Shown here piece by piece: positions 19,866-29,708 of a stretch of DNA of 64,000 nt. The stretch is from Dehalococcoidia bacterium UBA5748 (GTDB lineage: Bacteria; Chloroflexota; Dehalococcoidia; Dehalococcoidales; UBA5627). The stretch lies in the NCBI GenBank assembly GCA_002419135.1, contig DIFM01000041.1, forward strand, positions 35,130 through 99,129. Direction: 5' to 3'. The position numbers were made by a program, and so were the translations under genes. The notes below the pieces were generated by a model that saw nothing but the letters and a program-made list of their open reading frames with translations, was not told the origin of the DNA and did not search any database. Position 1 is the first letter of the stretch; every line of letters starts with the position of its first letter.

Positions 19866-21047
19866 TTAAGCAGTATTAATTGTATTCGCCATTAAAGCAT
19901 CATAGTCTGCGTCGGTCAGAGTATAGTGGTAGAAATCCAGATAAAACTCCTGTACTTTTGTCTTTAAGTCAAGGTCTGCGCACTGTTCCGGGTAGAGTGT
20001 TTGAATCATCCAGTAAATACCGACAATTTCGTTCATTCCGGCAGGCCCGTCGAACCATGAGAAGGGATTGTTCGGTCTCAGATAGACTCTTCCGTCTTGA
20101 ACTGCCTGCAAATTAGCCCATATCGGGTCTGAAAGTATCTGGTTATAAAGAGTCGCATCTGCAGCTCTGCCGATGATAATGATATCCGGATTCCATAAAA
20201 GAATCTGCTCCATCGAAACCGAAGTCATGCCGTATCCGGTCTGGTCTTCGACTACAGCTACATTAGACCCACCGCAGAAATCGATAAGCTCGGTATGCTG
20301 AGAACCGGAGGGGTCGGTACTTAGCCCGCCGTCTCCTTCGGCATAGTAAACGGTGACTTTATCTCCTTCGGCAATGTCTGCCATTACCGAAGTAACGTAA
20401 TTTACGGCTTCGGTATAGTAATCGACCAGGTTTTGTGCATGCTCTTCTACGCCGAGAAGCTCTCCCATCTTGAGTATTGATTCAGGCATGGTATCGTAAG
20501 TGTCGAAGACATTGATACTTACAACGGGAATACTGCCGAATTTGTTCTGTCTTTCTTCTACAGTGGCTGCATCACTGGCCAGTATTAAATCTGGCTCCAA
20601 TGATATAAATGTCTCATAATTGCCTGTTGATTTACCATACCAACCGCCAACAACCGGCAGATTTGCATATTGCGTATCGAAATAGTCGGCACCCTCGGTA
20701 CTGTTGGGAAGAAAACACCAACCTCCAAGTTTTTCGGGCGCCAGCATATAAGTAAGTATGCATTCGACTGGTCCGCAACAGAGCACCTTATTAATTGTTG
20801 TTGGGATTACCACGGTTCTGCCGGCGTCATCGACTATTGTTCTGGTAGCCGGTTGGCCGCTGACTGTTTCTGTTGTTGTTTCAGTTACGGTTGATATGTC
20901 GGTAACGGTGGTTGTCTGTGTGGTTGTTTTTGTGGTGGCATTTGTTACTGTAGTTGTCTGTACTTCCTTACACCCGGCGAGAGAAAAGAGCAGAGAAGCG
21001 GAGATAACCAGAGTAAACAGAACAGCGGCTATCTTATTTATCTTCAA
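19866..21047 (-). CDS. Periplasmic-binding-protein-type substrate-binding lipoprotein (BtuF/FhuD class)
   Basis: 393 aa. Signal peptide plus lipobox (LAGC), a Thr-rich linker, then PBP type-2 motifs (PDLILAS, NPDIIIIG). Confidence 0.8.
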   Translation of the reverse strand: MKINKIAAVLFTLVISASLLFSLAGCKEVQTTTVTNATTKTTTQTTTVTDISTVTETTTETVSGQPATRTIVDDAGRTVVIPTTINKVLCCGPVECILTYMLAPEKLGGWCFLPNSTEGADYFDTQYANLPVVGGWYGKSTGNYETFISLEPDLILASDAATVEERQNKFGSIPVVSINVFDTYDTMPESILKMGELLGVEEHAQNLVDYYTEAVNYVTSVMADIAEGDKVTVYYAEGDGGLSTDPSGSQHTELIDFCGGSNVAVVEDQTGYGMTSVSMEQILLWNPDIIIIGRAADATLYNQILSDPIWANLQAVQDGRVYLRPNNPFSWFDGPAGMNEIVGIYWMIQTLYPEQCADLDLKTKVQEFYLDFYHYTLTDADYDALMANTINTA

Positions 21048-21417
21048 AATATTGAATCTCCCTTCATTGAATTAATAAACTTGATTTATCTTGTAGCATA
21101 CCAAATATTAAGTGTGATATAACCGTAAGATTTAAAATAGGCAATATCGTAATATTACCTGAGATATAACACATGTATTTGCATAGTTAATTAAAACATT
21201 GCAGTAACCCTCCTTATAGTCATGAATAGTGTCCTTATAAATATTAATATAGCGCCTATCACATAAGGCTTCCAGTATATCTTCGAACGCTATATTAGCA
21301 GTAATATATAGTTGTGTCAAGCGGTTGTTATGCTATATTTTTAACCCGGATAAAAATAATTTGTTGTCATTATCGATAAATGTACGTATTTGTCCTACAA
21401 AGAATGTATCAAAAAAC

Positions 21418-21446
21418 TTGACGTAACTGAAATATTATTGTAATAT
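21418..21446 (+). promoter_or_regulatory. Candidate sigma-70-type promoter for the hdr-mvh operon
   Basis: TTGACG (21418-21423), a 17-nt spacer, then TAATAT (21441-21446), about 140 nt upstream of hdrC. Recognised by eye only. Confidence 0.4.
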
Positions 21447-21588
21447 GCATTGATATTTATACCCAATCAACAATGATATAAAGATGTATATCGAATTTAA
21501 AAGAAATAATACCAACCTGAAATACTACGAATTTGACAAGTAATTGTTGGATTCATTCGGATATTAATTTTTAACAGGGGGGAGTTTA

Positions 21589-22149
21589 ATGGAAAAAACT
21601 CAAACTATGAGCTTTTTAAAAGAGGTTAGTCAGGTCCCCGGTGGCGAAGGAGTAAATCTGTGTATTCAGTGTGGCACATGTACCGCGTCATGTCCCAGCG
21701 CCAAAATATGGGAATACACTCCTTCAGAGGTAATCGCTATGGTCAGAGCAGACATGCGCGATGCAGTGCTCTCAAGCAGTTCAATGTGGTGTTGCCTTTC
21801 CTGCTATTCATGTACTGTCCGCTGTCCAAGGGACGTCGAGCCTACAAGTTTGTTTCACGCGCTCGAATCCCTGGCGATAAAGCATGGTTACAAGCCAAAA
21901 AATACAACTACACCGGTAATGTACAACAGTTTTGTGAAGTCCATCAAAAAGAACGGCAGGGTAAGCGAGTTTCAGATGATGATGGGGTATTATCTTTCCA
22001 CCAATCCTTTTAGTGCCTTGGGTATGATGTCGGTGGCATGGAAACTGTTATCGCATGGACGTATGCCGCTTTCAGCGAGAAAGATTAAAGGTAAAAAGGA
22101 CCTTGATAAAATTGTGAAAAAACTGAACGAAGTTAGAGGTGCCCAATGA
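21589..22149 (+). CDS. hdrC: Heterodisulfide reductase subunit C-like
   Basis: 186 aa with two CX2CX2CX3CP motifs (CIQCGTCTASCP, CLSCYSCTVRCP). Overlaps hdrB by 4 nt. Confidence 0.85.
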   Translation: MEKTQTMSFLKEVSQVPGGEGVNLCIQCGTCTASCPSAKIWEYTPSEVIAMVRADMRDAVLSSSSMWCCLSCYSCTVRCPRDVEPTSLFHALESLAIKHGYKPKNTTTPVMYNSFVKSIKKNGRVSEFQMMMGYYLSTNPFSALGMMSVAWKLLSHGRMPLSARKIKGKKDLDKIVKKLNEVRGAQ

Positions 22150-23015
22150 AGAGCTATACATATTTCCCCGGCTGTTCATCGGAAGCTACTGCTGTAGGAT
22201 TGGATGTTTCCAGCAGGTCCATAGCGGAAGCTCTGGGAATGGAATTGAAAGAACTGGAAGACTGGAATTGTTGCGGTTCTACTCCTTACGGCTCACTGGA
22301 TGAGCTGGAAGCAATTGCCGTCGCAGCGCGGAATCTGGCTCTGGCAGAAAAAACGGGGCTGGATTTGGTTACCCCATGCAGTTCGTGTTTTGTCACCCTC
22401 AGTAAAGCCAGAGTACATATGATGGAAAAACCGCAGTTAAAAGCCAAAGTCAATCAAGCTTTAGCGGCTGTGGGATTGGAATATAAGGGTACTGTAAAGG
22501 TAAGGTTATTAATTGAAGCTCTGATGAGCGACATTACTGCGGAGACAATTACTTCCAAAGTTAAAAAGCCCCTTAAGGGATTGAAAGTGGCCCCCTATAC
22601 CGGATGTCAGGAGGTTCGCCCCAGGTTTGGTTTTGACCATCCGGAAAATCCCATTGCGTTGGATACCATAGTAGAAGCAGTTGGCGCTGATGCTGTCCCG
22701 TACCCTTCGAAGAGCAAATGTTGCGGCGGCTCGGCAGTGATAGCAGAAGAAGGCCTTTGTATTGAATTGATGTACAAATTACTGGACGATGCTGCAAAAA
22801 ACGGAGCCGAATGTATCGTTACCCCCTGTCCGCTCTGTCAGATGAACCTTGATGCCTATCAGGCTAAAGTAAACAGCAAATACAATACCAATTTTAATTT
22901 ACCGGTTTTGTTTGTTACACAGCTAATTGGTGTTGCACTCGGATTAAAGCAAGATAAATTGGGCTTGAAAAAGAATATTGTCAACCCGAATAAAGTCCTG
23001 GCGAAATATCTGTAA
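22146..23015 (+). CDS. hdrB: Heterodisulfide reductase subunit B-like
   Basis: 289 aa with two CCG-type cysteine-rich domains (WNCCGS...PCSSC; KCCGGS...PCPLCQ). Confidence 0.85.
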   Translation: MKSYTYFPGCSSEATAVGLDVSSRSIAEALGMELKELEDWNCCGSTPYGSLDELEAIAVAARNLALAEKTGLDLVTPCSSCFVTLSKARVHMMEKPQLKAKVNQALAAVGLEYKGTVKVRLLIEALMSDITAETITSKVKKPLKGLKVAPYTGCQEVRPRFGFDHPENPIALDTIVEAVGADAVPYPSKSKCCGGSAVIAEEGLCIELMYKLLDDAAKNGAECIVTPCPLCQMNLDAYQAKVNSKYNTNFNLPVLFVTQLIGVALGLKQDKLGLKKNIVNPNKVLAKYL

Positions 23016-23029
23016 AGGAGAGCGGAACT

Positions 23030-26000
23030 ATGGATGAAGTAAGAATTGGCGTTTATATATGTGATTGCGGTACCAATATCGCAGCTACAGTGGATACAAA
23101 AAAAGTAACTGAATTTGCCCAGGGATTGGATTCGGTGGTTGTTGCGCGTAATTATAAGTATATGTGTTCTGATCCCGGTCAAAACCTGATAAAAGATGAT
23201 ATCAAGGAAAAGAAGCTTAACAGGGTTGTAGTAGCAGCATGTTCTCCGAGGATGCACGAACCGACTTTCCGTAGAGCTGTGCAGGACGCAGGTATTAATA
23301 AATATTATTTCCAAATGGCAAATATCCGCGAACAGTGTTCATGGGTGCACGAGAATAAAGAAATGGCGACCGAGAAAGCCAAGGCTCTGGTTGAAGCTGC
23401 TGTGCGTCGTGTAGCATATCATGAGTCTTTGCAGACCAGGGAAGTGCCGGTCAACCCGAATGTGCTGGTAGTTGGTGGCGGTATCGCCGGTATTCAAGCA
23501 GCGCTGGAGATTGCCGATGGCGGAAAGAAGGTATATCTGGTGGAAAAAGATCCCAGCATCGGCGGTCATATGGCAATGTTTGATAAAACATTCCCTACAC
23601 TTGATTGTGCGGCCTGTATTCTGACTCCGAAGATGACCACGGTTGGGCAACATCCGAATATCGATCTTTTAAGTTACAGTGAAGTGGAAGAGGTATCCGG
23701 CTTCGTTGGCAATTTTAAAGCAAAGATAAAAAGAAAGGCGCGCTATGTTGATGAAACGAAGTGTACCGGCTGCGGTGAATGCACTAAAGTATGCCCGGTA
23801 CATGTAGATAATGAATTCGATATGGGTTTAAGCCAGCGTAGTGCTGCATACATTCAATCTGCTTATGCGGTACCTAACAAGGCTGTTATCGATAAAAAAG
23901 GTGTATCCCCTTGCCGTGTTGCCTGTCCGGCCGGGGTAAATGCTCATGCCTATATTGCATTGATATCCCAGGGAAAGTTTAAGGAAGCGTTGGAGGTGGT
24001 ACGCAAATCGATTCCGCTGGCAGGGGTAGTCGGTAGGGTCTGCTATCATCCCTGTGAAACTGAATGCGAGAGAGCTACGGTTGATGAAGGACTTATGATA
24101 CGCGACCTGAAGCGTTTTGTCGCTGATTATGAAATGAAAATCGGCAGGGAAAAGGCCGGTCCTGTTGAAATCACAAAAGATGACAGGGTGGCTGTAATCG
24201 GTTCCGGTCCCGCAGGGCTTGCATGCGCTTTTGATTTAATAAAGAACGGCTACCGTGTTACCGTATTCGAAAAGGCAGAGAAAGCCGGTGGTTTGATGAG
24301 GTACGGTATACCGAATTTCAAATTGCCTGAGAATATCGTGGATAACGAAATAGAATGTATCCAAGAAATGGGTGTTGAAATAAAAACCGGCTCTGAGATT
24401 AACGATATTCCCGATCTGTTCAATAAGGGCTATAAAGCAGTATTTTTAGCAACGGGAGCAGGTAAAAATAAGGAACTCGGTATTCCCGGTGAAGAAAACG
24501 ATAATGTGTTCCCGGCTCTTGATTTCCTGAAAAAAATCAATTCGGGCGAAAAGATAGCGGTTGGTAATAAGGTTGTTATTATTGGCGGTGGCAATATTGC
24601 GGTTGAAGCGGCAAGGGTTGCATGGAGATTGGGAGCAAATGATGTTACGATTGTTTACAAAAAATCCGAAGCCGAAATACCAGCCAGTGACAGTGAAGTT
24701 GAAGAAGCTGAACAAGAGGGCATTAAATTCAAATACGACACTACCGCCGATGAAATCGTAGTGCGCGATGGTAAAGTAACGGGTGTTAAATGTGTCAGCG
24801 AAGCTAAAGGGCAAAAATCCGATCAATTCGTGATAGATGCCGATAATGTAATAAATGCAGTCGGACAGGCGGTCGAAAAAACCGAACTGTCGAAAGAACT
24901 GGCGTTTACCGATTTGGGTTATCTGGAAGTCGATCCGGTTACACTTGAAACTAATGTTTCAGGGGTATTTGCCGGTGGTGAAGTAGTGGCCGGACAATTG
25001 GATGTGATTGCATCTGTTGCTGCAGGTAAAGCCGGTGCTGAAAGTATTGACAGATATTTAAGTGGCAACGATATGCGTGAAGGACGCTTCGAGCAGATGC
25101 CTCGTGTAACTAAGGTTAACAAGGATAAAGTCAAAACAAAGACCAGAGTAGTTATGTCTAAATTGGAAACCTCGAAACGAAATGATAATTTCGATGAGGT
25201 TGAACTCGGATTTGACGAGAGCCTTGCTATAGAAGAAGCCAAACGCTGTTTGAATTGCGCTGTTTGTTCTGAATGTATGTTATGCGTAAAGGCATGCGAA
25301 GCCGAAGCAATTGTTCATGACGTCAAAGAACAGACGCTCGAAGTCGAAGTAGGTTCTATTATTGTGGCTACCGGAATGAAGCAATTCGACCCTGAGGTAA
25401 TGTACACTTATGGATATAACCGCTTCGATGATGTTTTAACAGGTCTTGAGTTCGAAAGGCTTTCAAATGCGTCGGGTCCTACCGATGGTGTTGTCGTTAA
25501 AAAGAATGGAGAGAAACCAAAGAGTGTAGCTATACTGCACTGTGTAGGAAGTCGTGATGAAAACTACCACAAGTATTGCTCTCGTGTATGTTGTATGTAT
25601 TCATTAAAGTATGCCCATCTTTTGAAGGAAAAATTACCCGAAGCCGATGTTTATCAGTTGTACATAGATATGCGCTGCGCCGGTTCTGGATATGAAGAAT
25701 TCTACCTCAGATTACAGGAAGAGGGTGTCAATTTTATAAGAGGACGAGGAGCAGAAATCACGAATACGGCTGAAACGCCGGAAGAGAAAGATAAACTTAT
25801 TGTTCATTGTGAGGACACTCTGATACGTAAGAAAAGAAGGTTGCCTGTAGATATGGTAATCCTGAGCTGTGCTCTTGAGCCGAGCGATGGTGCCGAACAA
25901 ATTGGGAGAGTTCTTTCAATCAGTAAAAAAGCGGATGGATTCTTCCTTGAGAAACACCCCAAACTGGACCCGGTATCAACAATGACCGATGGAATATTCA

Positions 26001-26341
26001 TAGCGGGTTGCTGCCAGGGGCCGAAGGATATCCCCGATACGGTGGCTCAGGCTTCGGCGGCTGCCGCCAGAGCGCTGGCTATGATAAGTAACAATAAAGT
26101 CGAAATCGATGGGGCTACATCGGAGATCATTGAAGAATTATGTTCCGGATGTCGTATCTGTAATAACCTGTGTCCGTACAGTGCGATTACATTTAATGAA
26201 ACTAAAAAGGTATCCGAAATCAATCCTGTTCTCTGTAAGGGGTGCGGGGTTTGCGTATCTGCCTGTCCTAGCGACGCTATAACGGGCAATCACTTTACCA
26301 ATAAACAGATAATGGCAGAAATTGAGGGGGTGTTAGCATGA
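23030..26341 (+). CDS. hdrA: HdrA-like flavoprotein carrying an inserted GltD/NfnB-like NAD(P)H-binding module (1103 aa)
   Basis: HdrA hallmarks: N-terminal [11 protein letters not shown] site [36 protein letters not shown], and C-terminal [12 protein letters not shown] / [12 protein letters not shown]. Between them (about aa 290-700) is a GltD-like block: [10 protein letters not shown]...[31 protein letters not shown]...[31 protein letters not shown]. Confidence 0.85.
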   Translation: MDEVRIGVYICDCGTNIAATVDTKKVTEFAQGLDSVVVARNYKYMCSDPGQNLIKDDIKEKKLNRVVVAACSPRMHEPTFRRAVQDAGINKYYFQMANIREQCSWVHENKEMATEKAKALVEAAVRRVAYHESLQTREVPVNPNVLVVGGGIAGIQAALEIADGGKKVYLVEKDPSIGGHMAMFDKTFPTLDCAACILTPKMTTVGQHPNIDLLSYSEVEEVSGFVGNFKAKIKRKARYVDETKCTGCGECTKVCPVHVDNEFDMGLSQRSAAYIQSAYAVPNKAVIDKKGVSPCRVACPAGVNAHAYIALISQGKFKEALEVVRKSIPLAGVVGRVCYHPCETECERATVDEGLMIRDLKRFVADYEMKIGREKAGPVEITKDDRVAVIGSGPAGLACAFDLIKNGYRVTVFEKAEKAGGLMRYGIPNFKLPENIVDNEIECIQEMGVEIKTGSEINDIPDLFNKGYKAVFLATGAGKNKELGIPGEENDNVFPALDFLKKINSGEKIAVGNKVVIIGGGNIAVEAARVAWRLGANDVTIVYKKSEAEIPASDSEVEEAEQEGIKFKYDTTADEIVVRDGKVTGVKCVSEAKGQKSDQFVIDADNVINAVGQAVEKTELSKELAFTDLGYLEVDPVTLETNVSGVFAGGEVVAGQLDVIASVAAGKAGAESIDRYLSGNDMREGRFEQMPRVTKVNKDKVKTKTRVVMSKLETSKRNDNFDEVELGFDESLAIEEAKRCLNCAVCSECMLCVKACEAEAIVHDVKEQTLEVEVGSIIVATGMKQFDPEVMYTYGYNRFDDVLTGLEFERLSNASGPTDGVVVKKNGEKPKSVAILHCVGSRDENYHKYCSRVCCMYSLKYAHLLKEKLPEADVYQLYIDMRCAGSGYEEFYLRLQEEGVNFIRGRGAEITNTAETPEEKDKLIVHCEDTLIRKKRRLPVDMVILSCALEPSDGAEQIGRVLSISKKADGFFLEKHPKLDPVSTMTDGIFIAGCCQGPKDIPDTVAQASAAAARALAMISNNKVEIDGATSEIIEELCSGCRICNNLCPYSAITFNETKKVSEINPVLCKGCGVCVSACPSDAITGNHFTNKQIMAEIEGVLA

Positions 26342-26757
26342 GTTTTGAACCTAAGATACTAGGTATCCTCTGTAATTGGTGCTCTTATTCGGGTGCTGAT
26401 TTGGCAGGGACTTCACGAAAAAAGTATCCTGCAAATATCAGGATAGTGAGGGTGATGTGCAGTGGCAGGGTTGACCCTGTATTCATCCTGAAAGCCCTTC
26501 AATCGGGGGCTGACGGAGTATTAATTCTTGGATGTCATCCCGGGGATTGCCATTATACTTCAGGTAATTATAAGGCCTTGCGGCGCATGGAAATGTTAAA
26601 AAAATTGGCGGAGCAGATGGGGATCGAAGACGATCGCATTCGCCTTGATTGGGTAGCGGCATCCGAAGGTGATAGATTTGCAGAGATAATAAAAGATATG
26701 ACAGAAAAAATTAAACAGTTGGGGCCTTTCCCCAGGGATGGAGGAGATAATGGCTAA
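26338..26757 (+). CDS. mvhD: MvhD-like (methyl-viologen-reducing hydrogenase delta subunit) protein
   Basis: 139 aa with [21 protein letters not shown] and [10 protein letters not shown] motifs. ATGA overlap with hdrA. Confidence 0.85.
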   Translation: MSFEPKILGILCNWCSYSGADLAGTSRKKYPANIRIVRVMCSGRVDPVFILKALQSGADGVLILGCHPGDCHYTSGNYKALRRMEMLKKLAEQMGIEDDRIRLDWVAASEGDRFAEIIKDMTEKIKQLGPFPRDGGDNG

Positions 26758-27706
26758 ACCAAAGGTGGCGTTATATTGGGCTGCCAGTTGCGGGGGTTGC
26801 GATATCGGCCTTCTGGAAATTGGTGAAAACCTGCTCAAGTTGATTGAGGCGGTGGACATTGTATTTTGGCCGGTTGCCATTGACGTTAAATATAAGGACG
26901 TTGAAGCTATGGAGGATGGGAGTATTGATGTCTGCCTGTTCAATGGTGCGATCCGCAGCTCTGAACAGGAGCACATTGCAAAGCTTTTGAGGGCAAAATC
27001 AAAGGTTATGATAGCTTACGGAGCCTGTGCTTATCAGGGAGGTATTCCGGGTCTGGCCAATATGTATAACAGGGAAATGATAATGGAGAGAGCATATCTG
27101 GAGACACCTTCTACTGAGAACCCCGATAAAGTTCTACCCCAGACGAGCTATCAGGCTCCGGAAGGAGAGCTTACTTTACCATTGCTTTTTGATACGGTTA
27201 AAACACTGGCACAGACAGTAAAGGTTGAATATATAATTCCCGGTTGTCCACCCGAAGCGCAAACAACATGGATGGCTCTTGAAGCATTGATAACCGGTCA
27301 AATGCCTCCTGTGGGAACGGTTATTACCGGTAACGCTAAGGCTGTTTGTAACGAGTGCCCGCGTAAGCGTGATGTTAAGAAAGTAAAGAAATTTTATAGG
27401 ACCTATGAAATTGATCCGGACCCCGAGATATGTCTTTTAGAACAGGGACTTCCGTGTGCCGGAATTGCTACTAAGGGCGGCTGCGACGCCAGATGCCCCA
27501 AAGCAGGGATGCCCTGTACCGGTTGTTATGGCCCGGTGGATGGTGTAATTGACCAGGGGGCGCATTTTATGAATGCTATAGCTTCTGTTATCGATTCAAA
27601 TGACCCGAATGAAATCGGAAAAATCATTGCAGATATCAGAGATCCTGCCGGTACATTCTATCGCTACAGTTTACCTGATTCCATATTAAGGAGGGCCAGA
27701 GTTTAA
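26750..27706 (+). CDS. mvhG: [NiFe]-hydrogenase small subunit, MvhG-like (group 3c type)
   Basis: N-terminal [15 protein letters not shown] and C-terminal Cys clusters ([30 protein letters not shown]). The start is taken at the ATG preceded by GGAGGAG; the track start is at 26738. Confidence 0.8.
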   Translation: MAKPKVALYWAASCGGCDIGLLEIGENLLKLIEAVDIVFWPVAIDVKYKDVEAMEDGSIDVCLFNGAIRSSEQEHIAKLLRAKSKVMIAYGACAYQGGIPGLANMYNREMIMERAYLETPSTENPDKVLPQTSYQAPEGELTLPLLFDTVKTLAQTVKVEYIIPGCPPEAQTTWMALEALITGQMPPVGTVITGNAKAVCNECPRKRDVKKVKKFYRTYEIDPDPEICLLEQGLPCAGIATKGGCDARCPKAGMPCTGCYGPVDGVIDQGAHFMNAIASVIDSNDPNEIGKIIADIRDPAGTFYRYSLPDSILRRARV

Positions 27707-29163
27707 TGAGAAAGATTAGTATAGACCCGATTACAAGGCTTGAAGGGCATGGAAAAATCGAGATATTCCTTAATGATGAGGGAACGGTAGAGAACAGCTA
27801 TTTTCAGGTACCTGAACTGCGTGGCTTTGAAAAGTTTTCGGAAGGAAGATTAGCTGAAGATATGCCTCAAATTACACAGAGGGTTTGCGGCGTATGCCCG
27901 GAGGCGCATCATCTGGCATCGACCAAAACGCTGGATGCACTTTTCCATGTAACCCCGACCAGCACTGCCAGGAAACTGCGAGAACTGTTATACAATGCAT
28001 TTTATGTAACCGACCATACTACACACTTTTATATCCTGGGAGGTCCTGATTTTGTTATGGGTCCGGATGCGCCGGTCGCAGAACGCAATATTATCGGCGT
28101 TATCGGTAAGGTGGGGCTGGAACTGGGTGGCGCGGTCATCAATACCAGAAAAAAATGCCATCACTTAATCCAGGAGTTGGGTGGTAAGGCGGTACATCCG
28201 GTTTTTGGGTTACCGGGAGGTGTCAGCAGGGGCATAAACGAAGAGGAACGAAAGGAATTTGAACAAATTGCCAGGGATTCTCTTGAGTTTGCCAAGCTTT
28301 CCTTGAAAGTATTCGATGATATAGTTTTGGCTAATAAAGAATATGTCGATATGATTGTCAGCGATGCCTATACTCATAGGACCTACTCTATGGGACTGGT
28401 GGATGAGAATAATAAAGTAAATTACTATGATGGAAAGATAAGAGTTGTTGATCCGGATGGAAAAGAATTTGCTAAATTCGAGCCTAAAGATTACCTTGAG
28501 CATATAGCCGAACATGTCGAACCTTGGAGCTATATTAAGTTCCCGTATCTGAAGAAGGTCGGATGGAAAGGTTTCGTGGACGGAAAAGACAGCGGTGTAT
28601 TCCGTGTTGCTCCGATGGCTCGTCTTAACGCTTCGGATGGTATGGCAACGCCGGTGGCACAGGAAGCATACGAAAAGATGTATGATACGCTTGGCGGGAA
28701 ACCGGTGCATCATACTCTTGCTATTCATTGGGCAAGACTTGTTGAAATGGTACAGGCTGCCGAAACAATGATTGCTCTGTGTACCGATCCTGAGATTACC
28801 GGCGATGATTTAAGAAATATTCCTACGGCTACTCCTGATGAGGGAGTTGGGATAATCGAAGCTCCCAGGGGCACTTTAATTCATCATTACCAAACAGATG
28901 AAAAGGGCATAATTAAGAAGGCTAATTTAATTGTAGCAACAGTTAATAATGGAGCAGCGGTTAATATGTCCATTAATAAAGCAGCCAGGGCTCTCATCCA
29001 ACCGGATAAAGAAATAACGGAAGGATTGCTCAACCGTATCGAGATGGCATGGAGACCGTATGACTTATGTCTGGCTTGTGCCAGCCATAATTTACCGGGG
29101 CATCCGGCAATGCCGATGTATGTTTATAATAAAAATAAACAAATAGTAAAAAGTTGGGAATAG
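27706..29163 (+). CDS. mvhA: [NiFe]-hydrogenase large subunit, MvhA-like (group 3c type)
   Basis: 485 aa with N-terminal RLEGHGKI and RVCGVCPEAH, and the C-terminal DLCLACASH motif followed by a 24-aa extension. Confidence 0.85.
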   Translation: MRKISIDPITRLEGHGKIEIFLNDEGTVENSYFQVPELRGFEKFSEGRLAEDMPQITQRVCGVCPEAHHLASTKTLDALFHVTPTSTARKLRELLYNAFYVTDHTTHFYILGGPDFVMGPDAPVAERNIIGVIGKVGLELGGAVINTRKKCHHLIQELGGKAVHPVFGLPGGVSRGINEEERKEFEQIARDSLEFAKLSLKVFDDIVLANKEYVDMIVSDAYTHRTYSMGLVDENNKVNYYDGKIRVVDPDGKEFAKFEPKDYLEHIAEHVEPWSYIKFPYLKKVGWKGFVDGKDSGVFRVAPMARLNASDGMATPVAQEAYEKMYDTLGGKPVHHTLAIHWARLVEMVQAAETMIALCTDPEITGDDLRNIPTATPDEGVGIIEAPRGTLIHHYQTDEKGIIKKANLIVATVNNGAAVNMSINKAARALIQPDKEITEGLLNRIEMAWRPYDLCLACASHNLPGHPAMPMYVYNKNKQIVKSWE

Positions 29164-29176
29164 ATTACATAACATT

Positions 29177-29638
29177 TTGAAAACGCTTATTTTAGGATTG
29201 GGTAATCCATATCTCTGCGATGACAGCGCCGGCTTGAAGGTAGTCAAGCAGCTAGAAAAGAGGTTATCCAATCCCGATGTTTCTTTAAATGAGACCAGCC
29301 TGGCAGGTATTAATCTACTTGATTACCTGGTAGGCTACGACAAGGCTATCATTATCGATGCTATCACATCACCGAATGGTAAACCGGGTAGTATTTATCG
29401 CTTGACTCCCGAGGAATTCGATACTACTTGTCATACTACTTCCAGCCATGACATCGGTGTCATTGCCGCCATTGAGCTTGGCAGGAGGTTGGAGTTATCG
29501 ATGCCGAAAACAATAGAGATTATCGGTATAGAGGCACTTGACGTCAGCACTCTTACAGAGGAATGTTCCCCTGAGGTGGAGGCTGCAATTCCAATGGCAG
29601 CGGATATGATAGTAGAGGAAGTAAATGTAACGCCTTGA
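29177..29638 (+). CDS. Hydrogenase maturation endopeptidase (HybD/FrhD family)
   Basis: 153 aa with ILGLGNPYLCDDSAG, IIIDAI and TSSHDIG, matching the metal-ligand pattern of the family. TTG start. Confidence 0.8.
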   Translation: MKTLILGLGNPYLCDDSAGLKVVKQLEKRLSNPDVSLNETSLAGINLLDYLVGYDKAIIIDAITSPNGKPGSIYRLTPEEFDTTCHTTSSHDIGVIAAIELGRRLELSMPKTIEIIGIEALDVSTLTEECSPEVEAAIPMAADMIVEEVNVTP

Positions 29639-29708
29639 GTTTTTTCTTTCATAATTAACTGTAAATATAATAGACATTATGGTGTCCGCATAGTATAATA
29701 AATATACA

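Noticed and set aside
21048-21400. Looked for a cobalamin riboswitch (B12 box, GCCACTG core) upstream of the BtuF/FecCD-type ABC operon, and considered ORF 21132-21320 as a gene.
   Set aside because: No B12-box-like sequence appears on the minus strand, and the region is nearly pure AT-rich spacer. The 62-aa ORF has no start context and has codon usage typical of AT-rich noise.
22859-23314. Long antisense ORFs inside well-supported genes: 22859-23314, 28210-28728 (172 aa), 38171-38692 (173 aa), 49786-50337 (183 aa), 60070-60570 (166 aa), 18835-19413 (192 aa), and 33061-33486 with 33627-34052 (141 aa each).
   Set aside because: Each is fully embedded antisense or out of frame in a gene with clear family motifs. 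Their peptides are low-complexity and lack recognisable domains. These are shadow ORFs, expected in AT-rich DNA with few stop codons in some frames.
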